From Sphaerodactylus townsendi (taxonomy: Eukaryota), in the NCBI RefSeq assembly GCF_021028975.2, contig NC_059437.1, positions 39,990,001 to 40,054,000 of the forward strand: a DNA stretch of 64,000 nucleotides, given 5' to 3'. This document shows, piece by piece, positions 12,492-24,868 of this stretch. Numbering within the stretch: the stretch's first letter is position 1; the number at the start of each line of letters is the position of its first letter. The notes beneath the pieces are model-generated. The model was not told the origin of the DNA, ran no database searches, and saw only the letters and a program-made list of their open reading frames with translations. The translations under genes were made by a program, and so were the position numbers.

Positions 12492-13531
12492 GTAATTATG
12501 CTCCTGGCTTGAGTTTGCTAAAGAAAGTAGAATGAGAGGCGCCTACAGGACAGACTTCCGTTGTTAATGGTTGCGCATGAATTCTTCTACAGCTACAAAA
12601 ATTAAGTGCCTCTTTCTGAGATGCAAGAGACGCTACCCTCCACATACTATCACAATGGCTGTTTTGTGCTGTGTGCCCCCCACCCCCCCCGAGGGATAGG
12701 GCGTCTTCTCTGGTTGCCATCTGATGTTATTTTTTTTTAGGGGGGAGGGTTGTTATTGCTGAATTTAATTAATTTGGTTTTGAACTATGCGATTGTAAGT
12801 TTATTGGTTTTATCGTGTACACCTCCCAGAGCCCTCCGGGGGTGGGTGGTATATTAAGTCTAATTAATAAATTAACTAATAAATAATAAATAAATGAGAT
12901 CTTCTGCATTTTTCAAGCTCCACCCCAATTCTTCCTGCAAATCCTTCATCATAGGTTTTTACTAGGGCAAGGTGGTCCTGGCTTGCCGCAAAGAATCGGA
13001 GGAACTGTAGTTTGCTGAAGAGGTGGAATACTTAAATTCTCAGTATTTTCAGAGAAGGAATGAATGTTAAACCAGTGGGGCAAATATACAATATATGTAG
13101 ATGAAGCTTTGGTGCTAATTGCAGATAGCAGTTTTTCCATGCAACCTAATAGTGAAAAATTGCACTTAAAAAAGAAGAATAGTTGCACCACATCCCAGAT
13201 AATGCAGTGTTTGCAAACCTAATAACTTCATCTGTCCTGCAAACTTTTGGGTGGTGCTTGGTATTGGGGATCATCAGTGGATTGCAGCCCCCCCCCCCCC
13301 CCCCCCCCATCTTCTCCTGTTCTTGTGCAACTAGTAACTGGCCTCTGCTAGTGGTTTTCATGACTTGAAAATTAACATTATTGCTTGCTAATGGCTACTC
13401 CTGAATAGGAATACTAACATTTTTAGTGTTCAAAGGGCTTTGTGTATATTAAGTTGATGTATTTACCATTTTTGGGGTCAACTGTTGAAAAGTATGTCCC
13501 TCATCCCCACCAACTGATGTTCTTTTTGCAG

Positions 13532-13636
13532 GAATTTCAGATGAAGATGGAGAGTCTGCAGCATCGTCGGCAGGAGCTGGCGAGCAAGGAAAAGCAGCTC
13601 AAAGAGGCGGTCTTGAAATTTGACAAGTTCCTGAAG
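13532..13636 (+). CDS. CFAP73: CFAP73 coding exon 3
   Basis: ttgcag|EFQMKMESLQHRRQELASKEKQLKEAVLKFDKFLK|gtcagg; CCDC42-family FDKFL motif. Confidence 0.92.
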
Positions 13637-14630
13637 GTCAGGAGGCATCAGAGGAGGGGGTCAGCTGATGTTCTGTTGCAGACCTGAGGATATTTGCTTG
13701 CAGTCAGGGTTGTGAGAGGAGGTGTGATTTTTAACTCACACTGAAACAGCAGAGGCCAAGGTGGTCTAAAACTATATACTTAAATGTATCCAACTTATTA
13801 AATTACTGCAATTGGAAAATACCGTGACTTTAAAAAATGAAGTTTTGTCATTCATTCCAGGGGGATTATGGCATTTCTGTCCCCTCCACTTCTTCCAAGG
13901 AACTCAAGATAGTATAGACAGGGTTCCTAGAAGGTCTCCCATTCAGTCTGAGAAATGATACATGCAGTAGGCTACATATTGAATTTCAGAGCAGGGTAAA
14001 TACGGTAGTTGTTCTCTGGGGCCATGTTAGGTCAGCAAAACAGTGCATGTGGGAAAGCTTAAGTCCTTCTCCTTGTGAGTCACGGTTCTGATGTGAATTG
14101 GACCTTTCTTAATCTGAGAATCCAAGGTACGTGATCATCATTGCATCCTGTGGCAGTGAGTTCCGTTAGATAAACGGCCATGCTAAACAGTGGGGAGTGT
14201 CCAGCCATCCAGGCCATTCCCTAGGAAGATTTTTTGACTTGTGAGATCCGTGCAAGTCAGAGGGCTGAAATGGTGGGGGCTGAATCAGCCCCTTTCCTGG
14301 TGGAGTTGTGCTTGTCCTTTCTTGCTCCAACCCCACCGCCCACTCAAGCCATGCAGTTACTCCCCCAAATGGGTCCCACAGCCTTTGGAGTAATCTTTCT
14401 TAGAAGCCAAAGGGGTTGCAGGGACTGAGAGGAATGCAGGGAAATTCTGCTTTCTGAGCACAGAGCAGTGGATGTAGGTCAGTGCCTCCTTTCGACTGAA
14501 GCTGCCAGACTTTTTGTTTTGATCAGCTTGTTACTTGTTCATACGAAGCCACTCTTCAAGGCTATCGAACCACCACACGGAGAGGGGGTGAGGGGAAATG
14601 TGGCATGACCCTGTATTCCCCCTCCTGCAG

Positions 14631-14831
14631 GACAACGATGCCAAACGCAGCCGGGCCCTGCGGAAAGCTCAGGAAGAGCAGCAACAGGCAACGCAGAGAG
14701 GAAGAGAAGCGGAACACCTTCGGCAGGAAATAACCCGGCTGCTCTCTGCAAAGGAGAAGCTGCAGCAACGTCTTAAGGCCCACAAGGCTTTCCCTGAATT
14801 CCTGCAAAAAGTTGTGGCAAAAGCAGAGCAG
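14631..14831 (+). CDS. CFAP73: CFAP73 coding exon 4
   Basis: ctgcag|DNDAKRSRALRKAQEE...KVVAKAEQ|gtgaga; 201 nt, phase 0/0. Confidence 0.92.
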
Positions 14832-15634
14832 GTGAGAGGACTGAGCAGGGGAGCCTGAGATAAAACGCCAGGAGAAAAGTCCCGAAATAATTATTTCAGT
14901 GCCAGCCAAGGTCAGCAGTGCCAGCCTAGAACTCAGTGGCAGATGGGTTTTGTCATTCCTTAAGCTGCATGACAGGTGTCAGGTAATGCCACTGGCCTGT
15001 AACAGGTAGCGCCAGTCAGTGAGCAGCTGAGCATTTTGGGAACAGCCCTGGTGCTCCATCACTGCCAGCGTTGTGTAGTGGTTAAGGTCAGGTGCACTGG
15101 GTTTGATTCCTGCCACTTGAGCAGTGGAGGCTTATCTGGTGAATCAGATCAGCTTGCGCACTCCAACACATGCCAGCTGGGTGACCTTGGGCTAGTCACA
15201 GTTCTTTGGAACTCTCTCAAGGGCGCTATTCCCCCTCTCTTCAGCAGTTTACAGCTACTGAGGGTCTGGCCCTTTGAGCGAACTCTAGCAGAAGCACCCC
15301 AGGTTTTGCTTACTGGAGCCGTGTGACCCATTCGGTGTCTCCGTCTGCCAGACCACCAGACCTATAATTCTGCCTGCTATCTCCATGACTTGCTTCATCA
15401 TCTGCCCTGATCCAGTGCATTTATTCATTTGCTCTGCAGCTTCTCACTTTCCAAAATTACGGGCACCCACAGGGAAGGCGTGTGACGCTTTTTTGCCTGC
15501 ACTGGGTTCTAAATGATGGTACCGCTTTCTTATCTTCTTGGCAGCCCTTCTGGGAAATGAAAGAAGGGTACCAGCCTAAGGTCTTATGTAGTGGAGCACT
15601 CTGGCTGTCACAGATGGAAGTGAATTGAGAGTGA

Positions 15635-15932
15635 GAGCCAGAATGGTATAGTGGTTAAGAGCAGATTCTAATCTGGAGAACCGGGTTTGATTCCCCACTC
15701 CTCCACCTGAGTGGCAGAGGCTTATCTGGTGAACTAGATGTGTTTCTGCACTCCTACATTCCTGCTGGGTGACCTTGTGCTAGTCACAGTTCTTTAGAAC
15801 TCTCTCAGTCCCACCTACCTCACAAGGGAATCTGTTGTGGGGAGAGGAAGGGAAAGGAGCTTGTAAGCCACCTTGAGTCTCCGTACAGGAGAGAAAGATG
15901 GGGTATAAATCCAAACTCCACTCTTCCTCCTC
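15635..15932 (+). mobile_element. Squam3-like SINE (partial copy also at 15068-15218)
   Basis: Full head-to-tail consensus. Confidence 0.82.
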
Positions 15933-16028
15933 CTGCTTCATTTTCATGGAAGGGACTGGTGTCTGTCATCTCAAGTGAATGCTCATGTACCTGCTGTCCG
16001 TTTTATTTTTTTGCTTCCTGACCCCAAG

Positions 16029-16250
16029 TTTCAGGAAATCCCGGAGCTGGTCGGCCGTTTTCAGACCCTAATGGCCACCCAGGCCAAGTTGGCAGAGAGG
16101 GAGCTTGTGAACCGTGAAGCCATGGAAGAGGAACATGCCCACCTGCAGAAATACGTGGAGGAGAGCAGCAACCAGATCTTGCAGCAGAACAACCAAATCG
16201 CACAACTGCAGGCCCAGCTGGAACAGGCCCAGATCAGAGTTCACAAAGGG
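16029..16250 (+). CDS. CFAP73: CFAP73 coding exon 5
   Basis: FQEIPELVGRFQTLMATQ...RVHKG|gtagga; human FQEVPELVARF; an alternative in-frame acceptor lies 6 nt downstream (16035). Confidence 0.88.
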
Positions 16251-16836
16251 GTAGGATGACTCTGCCTAGGTTGCTTCTGCATTGAACTTTTGCCCTGGCC
16301 TGGCACCCAAACTGCAGCAGGTTTTTTGGAGCATCCACGCGATGCTATTTGATCATAGGGTTGTAAACCTTGGCTGACAACCTGCAGGGGGCTCAGGGGA
16401 ATGGAAGCAGGTGAGAACGGCATTGCACATTGTCGTGTGAGGCTGCGTAATCAGAAGTGACATCACTGTTTCGCTCAATAGTGTTTCCCTGAAGCTCTAT
16501 GCTAAAAACCATAGAGATCAGGACATTCCTAAAGTGTGACACAATGTAGTAATGTCTTGGGAGGGATTGGATTTCAGTGTGGTATAATGCTATAGTGTCC
16601 ACATTTCAAAGAGGCCATTTTCTTCAGGTGAACAGATCTCTGTCACCTTGAGATCAGTCGTAATAGTAGGTGATCTCCAGCCACCACCTGGAGGTTAGCA
16701 ACCCTAGTTGTCCTGCTGGAACCAGGCGTCTGACAGTCCTATCTAATCATTTGCTTTCCATGTTTTCCCCCTTCTTTGCTGCAATCTTTCCCAGACCTGG
16801 TTGATATGATCTTTTTTGGGAACACTGTACTTTTGA

Positions 16837-17095
16837 GCAGCAGTGGTGTTGTAGTTAAGAGCAGGTGCATTGTAATCTGGAGAACTGGGTTTGATTCCTT
16901 GCTCTGCCACTTGAGCAGTGGAGGCTTATCTGGGGAACCAGATTATCCTGTCCGCTCCCACACATGCCAGCTGGGTGACCTTGGGCTGGTCACAGTCCTT
17001 TGGAGCTCTCAGCCCCACCTACCTCACAGGGTGTTTGTTGTGGTGGCGAGGAGGGAAAGGGGGGGATATAAATCCAAACTCTTCTTCTTCTCTTC
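16837..17095 (+). mobile_element. Squam3-like SINE
   Basis: Full consensus with TCTTC tail. Confidence 0.8.
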
Positions 17096-17557
17096 TTTTG
17101 CACATTTTGTGGACAAGAAGATGCTCATTTTTGAAGGTCCCTCCCATTTTGGCACCGTTTTCCTTGCCTTGGTCCCCCAAGACCACTGTTTCCCCCCATG
17201 CCGCTGGGGTCCTTCCAAGGCTTTCAAAAAATCATAGCAAAATCCACTTGCAAACAGTTGTGAAAGTGGATTGAAAATGCATTATTCGGCATTATTCGGC
17301 AGAAGGGGCCTAAGTCTCTGTTCCCTTCATAGCTGCACAGCAGGCACAAACCAACAGCCTCTCTCATTGCTGAATCTCAAGATCTCGTTCATTTCTTTCT
17401 ACCTGCGAGGGAGCTATTAGTGGCACAGGGCCTCTCTCTCTTAAAAACACAAAACAAAACAATGCAGCTTTGAGCATACTAGAATGCACCTCAGGGGGTA
17501 AAACGCCAGCAGCCGTGTTCTTACCAGGAAGTCCCTGTTCTGTGGCTTTCACTGCAG

Positions 17558-17716
17558 GAGTCCATCTGGAACAGAATCCAGAACACAGCTGCCGAGAAGA
17601 CCTTGCAGGTGGGGCAGATCAAGCTGGCCGCTTGGAACCTCTTCCAGATGGTGGCCAAGCACAGGAAACTGCCGGCTGATGTGCCCCAAGAAGACACAGA
17701 AGCTCAACTGGATGCG
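17558..17716 (+). CDS. CFAP73: CFAP73 coding exon 6
   Basis: ctgcag|ESIWNRIQNTAAEKTLQVGQIKLAAWNLFQMV...EDTEAQLDA|gtcagt; conserved IQNTAAEKTL. Confidence 0.92.
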
Positions 17717-19521
17717 GTCAGTGTCAATCAAACTCTGCAGGAGGGCCACGAGTTCAGCGAGTAGAATGTAGGTTTTCCCACAGGGGGTTTCACGTCTGAT
17801 CCCATCCACTGAATGTCTATTTCCGTACAAAATGAACAGTTTAACAAGATCGCGAATAGTAAGGTTGGAACAGAACCCTGCCTCAGATTCTAGGTGGCTG
17901 TTCCCAGTCAGTTGAGCTCGAGTTAGATCCAGATTGGTTCCTGATCCATTAGTTTCATGTCTGCAAAGTCTCCCCCCTCCCCCCCCCGCATTACTCTCAG
18001 GGATAGCTGTAGAGAACTCCGTGCTGCAAATGTGCCCCACCCCAATTGCTCTACGCAGACAATCTAAATTCTGCAGCTAGTATTAAGTACTAAAATGCAG
18101 ATTTTATAAAGGAAGACTCTGAGAAAGTGAGCATGTTTCCATGATAATTTTGTATAATTTATTCTATTGCTAACCATAGAGGAAAAAGGCTCTTCGGGGG
18201 CCCAAATTCTGCCTTTGAATTTCAAACGACACAAGATTGCAGTAGCTTTTCTAGGTTTTGAGCACAACTGAAGTATAGACCATTTACTTCTAGGCAAATC
18301 TGTGCAGCCTTAAGGGCTAGTAACTTCAAGCCTTTTTATATGCAGGAGGAGCTCGGTGTGAAGCCTGTGCTTTAAATGTAGAGTCCCAGGCTCCGTTCCT
18401 GGGACTGCCTGAGGTGAATAGAGAGCTGTCCCCATTCGGAACAGGCAGCACTGATCCATTCAGAGTCTGATGGGTGGAATGGTTTGAATGTCATTCTGAT
18501 GTCTGTGATGCTCAGGTTCAGATTCCTAAGGGTGACTTTGGGCCAATCACTTGTTCCTTCAGCCCAGCCTGTCTTACAGGGTTGTGGTGAGGATAAAATG
18601 GGAAACAGAGTACCTTGATAGCCTTATAGGTCTTACGCTGAAGTCGATGAACCAGTCATCTGACTGAGTATAAAAAATCTTCATGTTTCTACAAGAAAGC
18701 CTATTTTGTAGGATCCAAGATATGTACTCAATAGCTAAGAGTGTCTAATTGCACATTGGCGAATTATTTGGCAAGTCCAAATATCGGCTGAAGGTGAAAC
18801 CCAAACCTTTATGGGTTTCAGCGTCCGACAAAGACCTTCCTATTCACCCAGGCCTTTTGCTTTTGACTCTCTTGATGTCCCCTCTGATGCCCACTGTTCT
18901 GGGGTGGGGTGGGTAGATCTATAGTTTTTAGGATTGTTTCACATGATGTTTTTATTGTTCTTTTTAATTTTGCAAGCCACGTGGAGACTTCCTTGTAAAT
19001 CCCAAAACTAGTCAATCAATTAAATCAAACATTTTTAAAAACATTACTCGGTAAAAACTGAAGAGCACAAAAGCACTCAAAACATATAGCAGGTCTTTGT
19101 TTAATAGTGCTCAGATTGTAAACGCAATTTATCAACCTCCTAATTAAAAACCTGGGTAAAATGTTTTGGTGTAGCACCTGTAGCACCAGATGAGTCTCAA
19201 GGGAGAGGATGTTCAACAGATGATGTGCTGCCATTGAAAAAGCCACATATCTACTCACCATCAGCCTCACCTGTGCAGACAGTACTGTTTGTTTGTAGGT
19301 TGTTCTAGTACCATTTTATAGATGGAGAGCTGATTGTGGAGGAGAGTGACTTAATGCAAGACCACTTTCATAAGAGCATTTGAATCCAGGGTTCTTGGGT
19401 TAGATACACTGAACCATCAGACCATATGCTACATGGTTTTCTAGTTACATGGATGCAAACATCTGTAGATTTTACTCAGACAGCAAACACTGACAAATAC
19501 ATGTTATTCCAATTCCACCAG

Positions 19522-19656
19522 GTCAAACTGTGTATGGTAGACTTAATTGATATGCTGGCTGATTTCCGTAAAGGGGACCCTCCCCCAGTTCCCCAGCCTG
19601 AGCCGACAGCAAGTCCTCAATCTGAGCTCACCAAGACATATCCATCATCTAGGTGA
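19522..19656 (+). CDS. CFAP73: CFAP73 coding exon 7 (to TGA; may instead splice at 19652)
   Basis: caccag|VKLCMVDLIDMLADFRKGDPPP...YPSSR*; human VKLFMQDLSAMLAGL. Confidence 0.85.
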   Translation, partial: VKLCMVDLIDMLADFRKGDPPPVPQPEPTASPQSELTKTYPSSR

Positions 19657-21969
19657 GTAGACACATCAGATGCTCCTGTATCTGTCAGTATGTCAGGCAT
19701 CTAACAGCAAACAGCCACCAATTACTTGCAAAATCTTGGGGGGGGGGGGGGTCCTCCAAATTGTAGGGAGTCAGGGATGACCTACAGATTGCAAAGTTGT
19801 GTAGTTATTGGTAGAGCCGTGGGCAGGGAAATGTTCTGTGGAAGCCCAGGAAAGATTAAGGATTCAGCTTCCAAGAAGTTTCAGCTTTTATTGTGATAGA
19901 TACCTCCAAAATACAACACTTCTTTTTTTTAACTTCAGAAAAAGTATCTTCTGAAAACTGAGAGGGAAATTTGGGATTTAGTGTTGCTTACCTGATCAAA
20001 ACTGAGGTAGTCTTAAAATGGGAAATAAGGGAAGAAGGTAGAGAACATCTTGTAGTAATGGGTGATTTCCCCGCATTCATGGTTTCATAGTTATTTTAGA
20101 TTTTTTAAAATTAGATTATTTACCATTCTGGGAGCCAGCTGTTGAGGGGGGCATTTCAATCATGTCCTCCTGCTCTCTTTTTTTGGTAACATCAGTCTTG
20201 CTGAAGAGTGAACTTAATGTCTGCAGGCTGTTTTGTGTTATTTGGTCGGTCCTAATAAAAGACAGTATTGTTGGTTTGGGAATTTGCTTCTGGACCAGTA
20301 TAGCTGAAAATGACTTCTTAGTACCACAGGATTGAAAAGTACTAAAATGCAGGTTTTATAGACTTAGAAATTACAGGCCATTTAGTGTAACAGCAGTTCC
20401 CAGTAACTTTATGAGGAAAAAAGGTACAGAAGGACAAGCCCTGCAAAAAAGGGAAAAAAAGTTGGCTTGGCTTCTGCAAAAGGCCACCTTGCCAGCTTTT
20501 GAAGTTCTTCAAGGTTTATCCACGAACTTGAGACAGCAGATGTTATAGATGAGTTCTGTGTTTTTGGAAAATTCCTCATCAAAATCTCCTGAGTAAATTT
20601 AGCAGTTATGGGGTAAGGGGATGGGGATTTAGGGAAGGAATAAATGGTTAATTCTCAAAATGAGAATGTCACTGTGACTCTTCACGGAAGAACTGACCCA
20701 TGGGTAACCTTGAACAAATTCCATTCAGCCCTCTCAGAGTTCAGAGTACCCCTTCTTCTCAAGTGGGTCCGGTATCTTCCAGAAACACAAACAAGGCTTC
20801 TTATGTTCACACTTGGGTTAGAGACAAATATTAACTTTAACCAGCTGCTTGCATTTAAGAAACCAAGTTCTGGAAGAGGGTTATGTGATGTGTCAGCAAT
20901 GTCTTTCTGCTTTGTACACAGGACAAACACATCACTCTCTACACAAAAGAATAAAGGGACACCAACTTGACCCCAAAATGGCAACGCTTAGAAATCACTG
21001 GGAAAACCATTTTGATTTCCTGGAAACACGCAGTTGCAGACACTCGGCCATTATTTTTTAAATAACTTCCAGCTGCTGAATTTGAGCTGGTCAGGGAATG
21101 TTGTTGCATTCAGCAATTAAAAAGAAGGCACTCATCACCGTCTACAGGCCTGATTAACCATAGCCAAAGGAGGAACCTTGTGTTGTTACGCGTGATTCTG
21201 GCTATGATTTTCACAGGGGCCATGTTGAATATGCTTGAGTTTACTAAAAATGTTCTGGATTCCAACTGTTTAAAAGGCTGTTTGTTTGTAATAGCAAAAA
21301 AGTTATCCATCTCTGGGGAGGAGAGACATTGGGAAGGAAAGCGGCATATGCATTTATTAAAGAGACAAAATGAATCAAACTGAGCTCTACTCCATCTCTT
21401 CCGTTGGCAATTAAGAGGCCTTTAGTCAGGCACAATGTCACATTCACAGTTCACACTGGGAATTGTTATTGTGGTGTGGGGTGGTGCCATAGGCTGGTAG
21501 AGCCTTCCCTCTACATTGCCTACGGTCATTTTGCCTGTGTTCTTCAACCAAGGGATACATAACCTAAGGGTCATCATACACAGTCTGTGGAACAGTCTTC
21601 CGTTTCCACTGACAAGAGGTGCTGGAGAAAGTGAAGAGCCACTCCGATACCCTTTAGCTCTTCCTTGGAAGCCCCAGAAGAGGGGGAGGGAGGGATAAAG
21701 TGCACAGAAGGCAGACAGCACAGAGGAGGAAACAGAGTGGTGCATTTGGCAGGTAAGTCAAAATGGGACACCTGAGCTTTCCTGCAAGCTCCTACATCCC
21801 CAGCTAGTCCAAGTAGTTGCTAAGACTGTAATGGCCGACCACATTTTGCCTGAACACCTGCTTCACTTTCATTAGTGCCCTCTTAATGTGATGATGTAGC
21901 CTTAATATGAAGGGGAGTGATATAAGAGAGTAATCTAGGCTTACGCTTTAGATTTGACAAAGCCTAAAG

Positions 21970-22117
21970 CAGGGGTAGGGAACCTGTGGCTCTCCAGATG
22001 TTCAGGAACTACAATTCCCATCAGCCCCTACCAGCATGGCCAATTGGCCATGCTGACAGAGGCTGATGGGAATTGTAGTTCCTGAACATCTGGAGAGCCG
22101 CAGGTTCCCTACCCCTG
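21970..22117. mobile_element. Palindromic hAT MITE downstream of the DDX54 stop
   Basis: Near-perfect 148-bp palindrome centred on CCAATTGG; 8-bp TSD GCCTAAAG. Confidence 0.92.
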
Positions 22118-22517
22118 GCCTAAAGTAACCTTCCGGGGCTTATTATGTAACTCCACCAAGAACACACTAAGCCGCTTGCTTTTGCTGCATATATTTGGTT
22201 CTGGTCAAATACTTCGCTGACCTCAGCAAACTGGTGAATTGTGCTTTGCCAGGCTAAGCCCCACGCTGTACAGACTTGTTCTAAATCCAGGTCAGAAAAC
22301 AGGGAAGATCAAACACTGAGGTGAAATATTATTCTCCGACTGGTTCAAGGCCAGGGGACTTGTGAAGGCTTCAAGGCCCCCCAGGGCCGATGGATCAGAG
22401 AACTATTTCAGACCCATTAGTTGTAAACAAAGCTTTAAAAAAAACATTTCCCTTGAAACCCAGAGTTGGCACCCAATGAGGCAAGTGTAGAGAGCCTTCT
22501 GCCCTCTCATCGAACCC

Positions 22518-22759
22518 CTACATCCTCTTCCGCATCTTGCCCTTCTTGAAACCGCCACGCCCAAAAGCGCTCTTGCGGAGGTTTTGGACGTGCTGACGGT
22601 TGCGGGACTTCAAGCGTTTGAGACCCCCGCTCTGCAGGAAACGCTGCTTGGACTCTTTCTTTCGATGTTTCAGGATCTGCTGCTTGGTTTTCAGCTCAGA
22701 GCGGGCCTGCGTCTGCTGGGAGCCACGGCGGCCTTGGGAGGTATGCATTGGGCGCCCCC
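22518..22759 (-). CDS. DDX54: DDX54 exon 20 (terminal)
   Basis: ...[16 protein letters not shown]...[15 protein letters not shown]...KKGKMRKRM*; same C-terminus as human. Confidence 0.95.
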
Positions 22760-23422
22760 CTACAAAGGAAGTCACATGGTCATGTTACAAAGCATCCTCT
22801 GGACTTTCTGGGCCACTGCTGTCCCCTGGAAGGCAGAGCTACAGGTCGTTGGGACGGGCTGAAAATACCCCTCACAAAAATCAAGACTTTGGGACCTGCT
22901 AAGGAATTCCATATCCTGTAAAAGTTGCCTCCGAGAAAACAAAAGCAAGTGTTTAGGTTTCAGGGCGGGCAGAGAGATGATTAAAGATGTACAGCTGCGG
23001 AGGTCCCAGTGATGGCGGGGGGGGGGGGGGGGAGGAGGAGGAGTTCCTTGTCCCACATATTCAGAGCCATGTCTAGGTACCCTTAAGAGGGACTTTCAGC
23101 AGCCTGCACATTGTGAAAATGTACACACACACTTGAGAAGCCTATACAAAATGAAAAAAATGCTAAGTGCGAAAAGAGTTTTAACACGATTCCCCCCTTC
23201 AAATATATGAAGTTCTGCCCCAATCAGTGCAGATTCAAGCATCTCTGCAACCAAATGGTTTCATAAACGCTTTTTTTCTGGAGAAACAAGAAGAGGAAGA
23301 GCTGATGAGAATTGTAGTCCATGAACATCTGAAGCGCCAGAGTTGGGACACCCTTGCTCTAGAAGTTATAACTGAGCCAAATAGTAGAACCTGTAATATT
23401 TGGCCTGTGTGGCCCCACTCAC

Positions 23423-23520
23423 CTCTGCCTTTCTGTTTCTTCCCACTTCTATTATCTCCTTCAGCCTCGGAGTCAGAATCCCGTTCGTCGATCCTGTTTT
23501 TCTTTTTCCATCTCTCATAA
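23423..23520 (-). CDS. DDX54: DDX54 exon 19
   Basis: YERWKKKNRIDERDSDSEAEGDNRSGKKQKGR G|gtgagt. Confidence 0.92.
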
Positions 23521-23980
23521 CTGTGGGAGCACGTTCAGGAAGTGTAACTTCCCAGATTCCTTCCTGAGCAGCGATGATAACTCCTTAATACTTGCAGGGG
23601 CAGCTTTTAATCTCATCTAAAAAGGCTTTTGGAAGTGGCCCCCTGTGCTGGCAGAATATGTGACGGGTGTACTGAAGGCCATGGATTCAATCCCTGGCAT
23701 CTCTATTTAGAAAGTGTAATGGATGCAGGGAAATGCCTTTCTCTGCCTGTGACCCTGGAGAAATGCTGCCAATCAGCACAGGCTGCACGGAGTGAGATGG
23801 ACCAATGCCACAAAGACAGCTTCGTGTGTTTGAAAGGAACAGCAGGGAAGGTTGGCCTCTCTTCAGCTCCCACACAACCAACTGAGGCTCTGACTGTGAT
23901 TGGGAGGGGGTGCTATAGTTTCCCCACAAGGAGCCCATCCTGCCTTCAGGCTGTTGGCCATCCCTTACCACACAGGTAGG

Positions 23981-24389
23981 AAAAGAAGAAGGAGAGTTTG
24001 GATTTATACCCCACCTTTCTCTCCTGAAAGGAGACTCAAGGAAGCTTACCAGCTCCTTTCCCTTCTTCTCCCCACAACAGACACCTTGTGAGGTCGGTGG
24101 GGCTGAGGGAGTTCTGAAAGAACTGTGACTAGCCCAGTGGTGGCGAACCTGTGGCACTCCAGATGTTCATGAACTACAATTCCCATCAGCCCCGGCCAGC
24201 ATGATGGGAATTGTAGTCCATGAACATCTGGAGTGCCATAAGTTCACCACCACGGGACTAGCCTAAGGTCACCCAGCAGGAATGTAGGAGTGCGGAAACA
24301 CATCTGGTTCACCAGATAAGCCTCTGCCAGAGGGGAATCAAACACGGTTCTGCAGATTAGAATCCACCTGCTCTTAACCACTACACCAC
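23981..24389 (-). mobile_element. Squam3-like SINE (interrupted by a hAT MITE)
   Basis: Consensus resumes after the TSD. Confidence 0.82.
24135..24255. mobile_element. Palindromic hAT MITE nested in a SINE within the U12 intron
   Basis: 8-bp TSD GACTAGCC duplicating SINE sequence. Confidence 0.9.
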
Positions 24390-24763
24390 TGCCTCAGCTA
24401 TGTGGAAGCTGCTGCTGTGGTGGCATATTTGATAAGACTCTTTACCTGTGACTGGGGCTTTTGATGCACTGGGGCTAGACAGAAGACACCACGAAGCTAA
24501 CCTCAGCAGGGGTGTCACCCATTGTAAGAAATCTTAACCAATCACACACGCTCTAAATGGCTACAATCTGCACGTGAACAAAAAATGGTTCTGAGTTTTA
24601 GGATGAGGTGTAGCAGGTGTCACAGCTTCTGAAGAGACATTCCTTCCTGTGTCAAAACAAAAGAGGAAATGTCCCTCCTAAAAAGCATTCCTGACACTTG
24701 TAATTGTGGGCAAATATTTTTTTATTAAGCAGTGACACCCTCCTCAACCTGGTGTAAGGATAC

Positions 24764-24868
24764 AGGTTGCTTTTGTATGAGCTGTTGATGTACGCTCCAC
24801 TCTCCGTTCGAATTTTCTTCTTGTTCTCCTGGCCCACCTGCCCCACGAACCGCTTCCTCTTCCGATCC
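24764..24868 (-). CDS. DDX54: DDX54 exon 18
   Basis: [36 protein letters not shown]|gtatcctt (U12-type donor). Confidence 0.93.

Larger units (their letters stand above)
23521..24763 (-). other. DDX54: U12-type (minor spliceosome) GT-AG intron 18 of DDX54
   Basis: 5' site GTATCCTTAC; branch site TTCCTGAAC (23541-23533) 12 nt before the 3' splice junction; no polypyrimidine tract. Confidence 0.9.

Noticed and set aside
15640-15700. tRNA genes at SINE heads
   Set aside because: Only A/B boxes remain; no cloverleaf; all continue into SINE bodies
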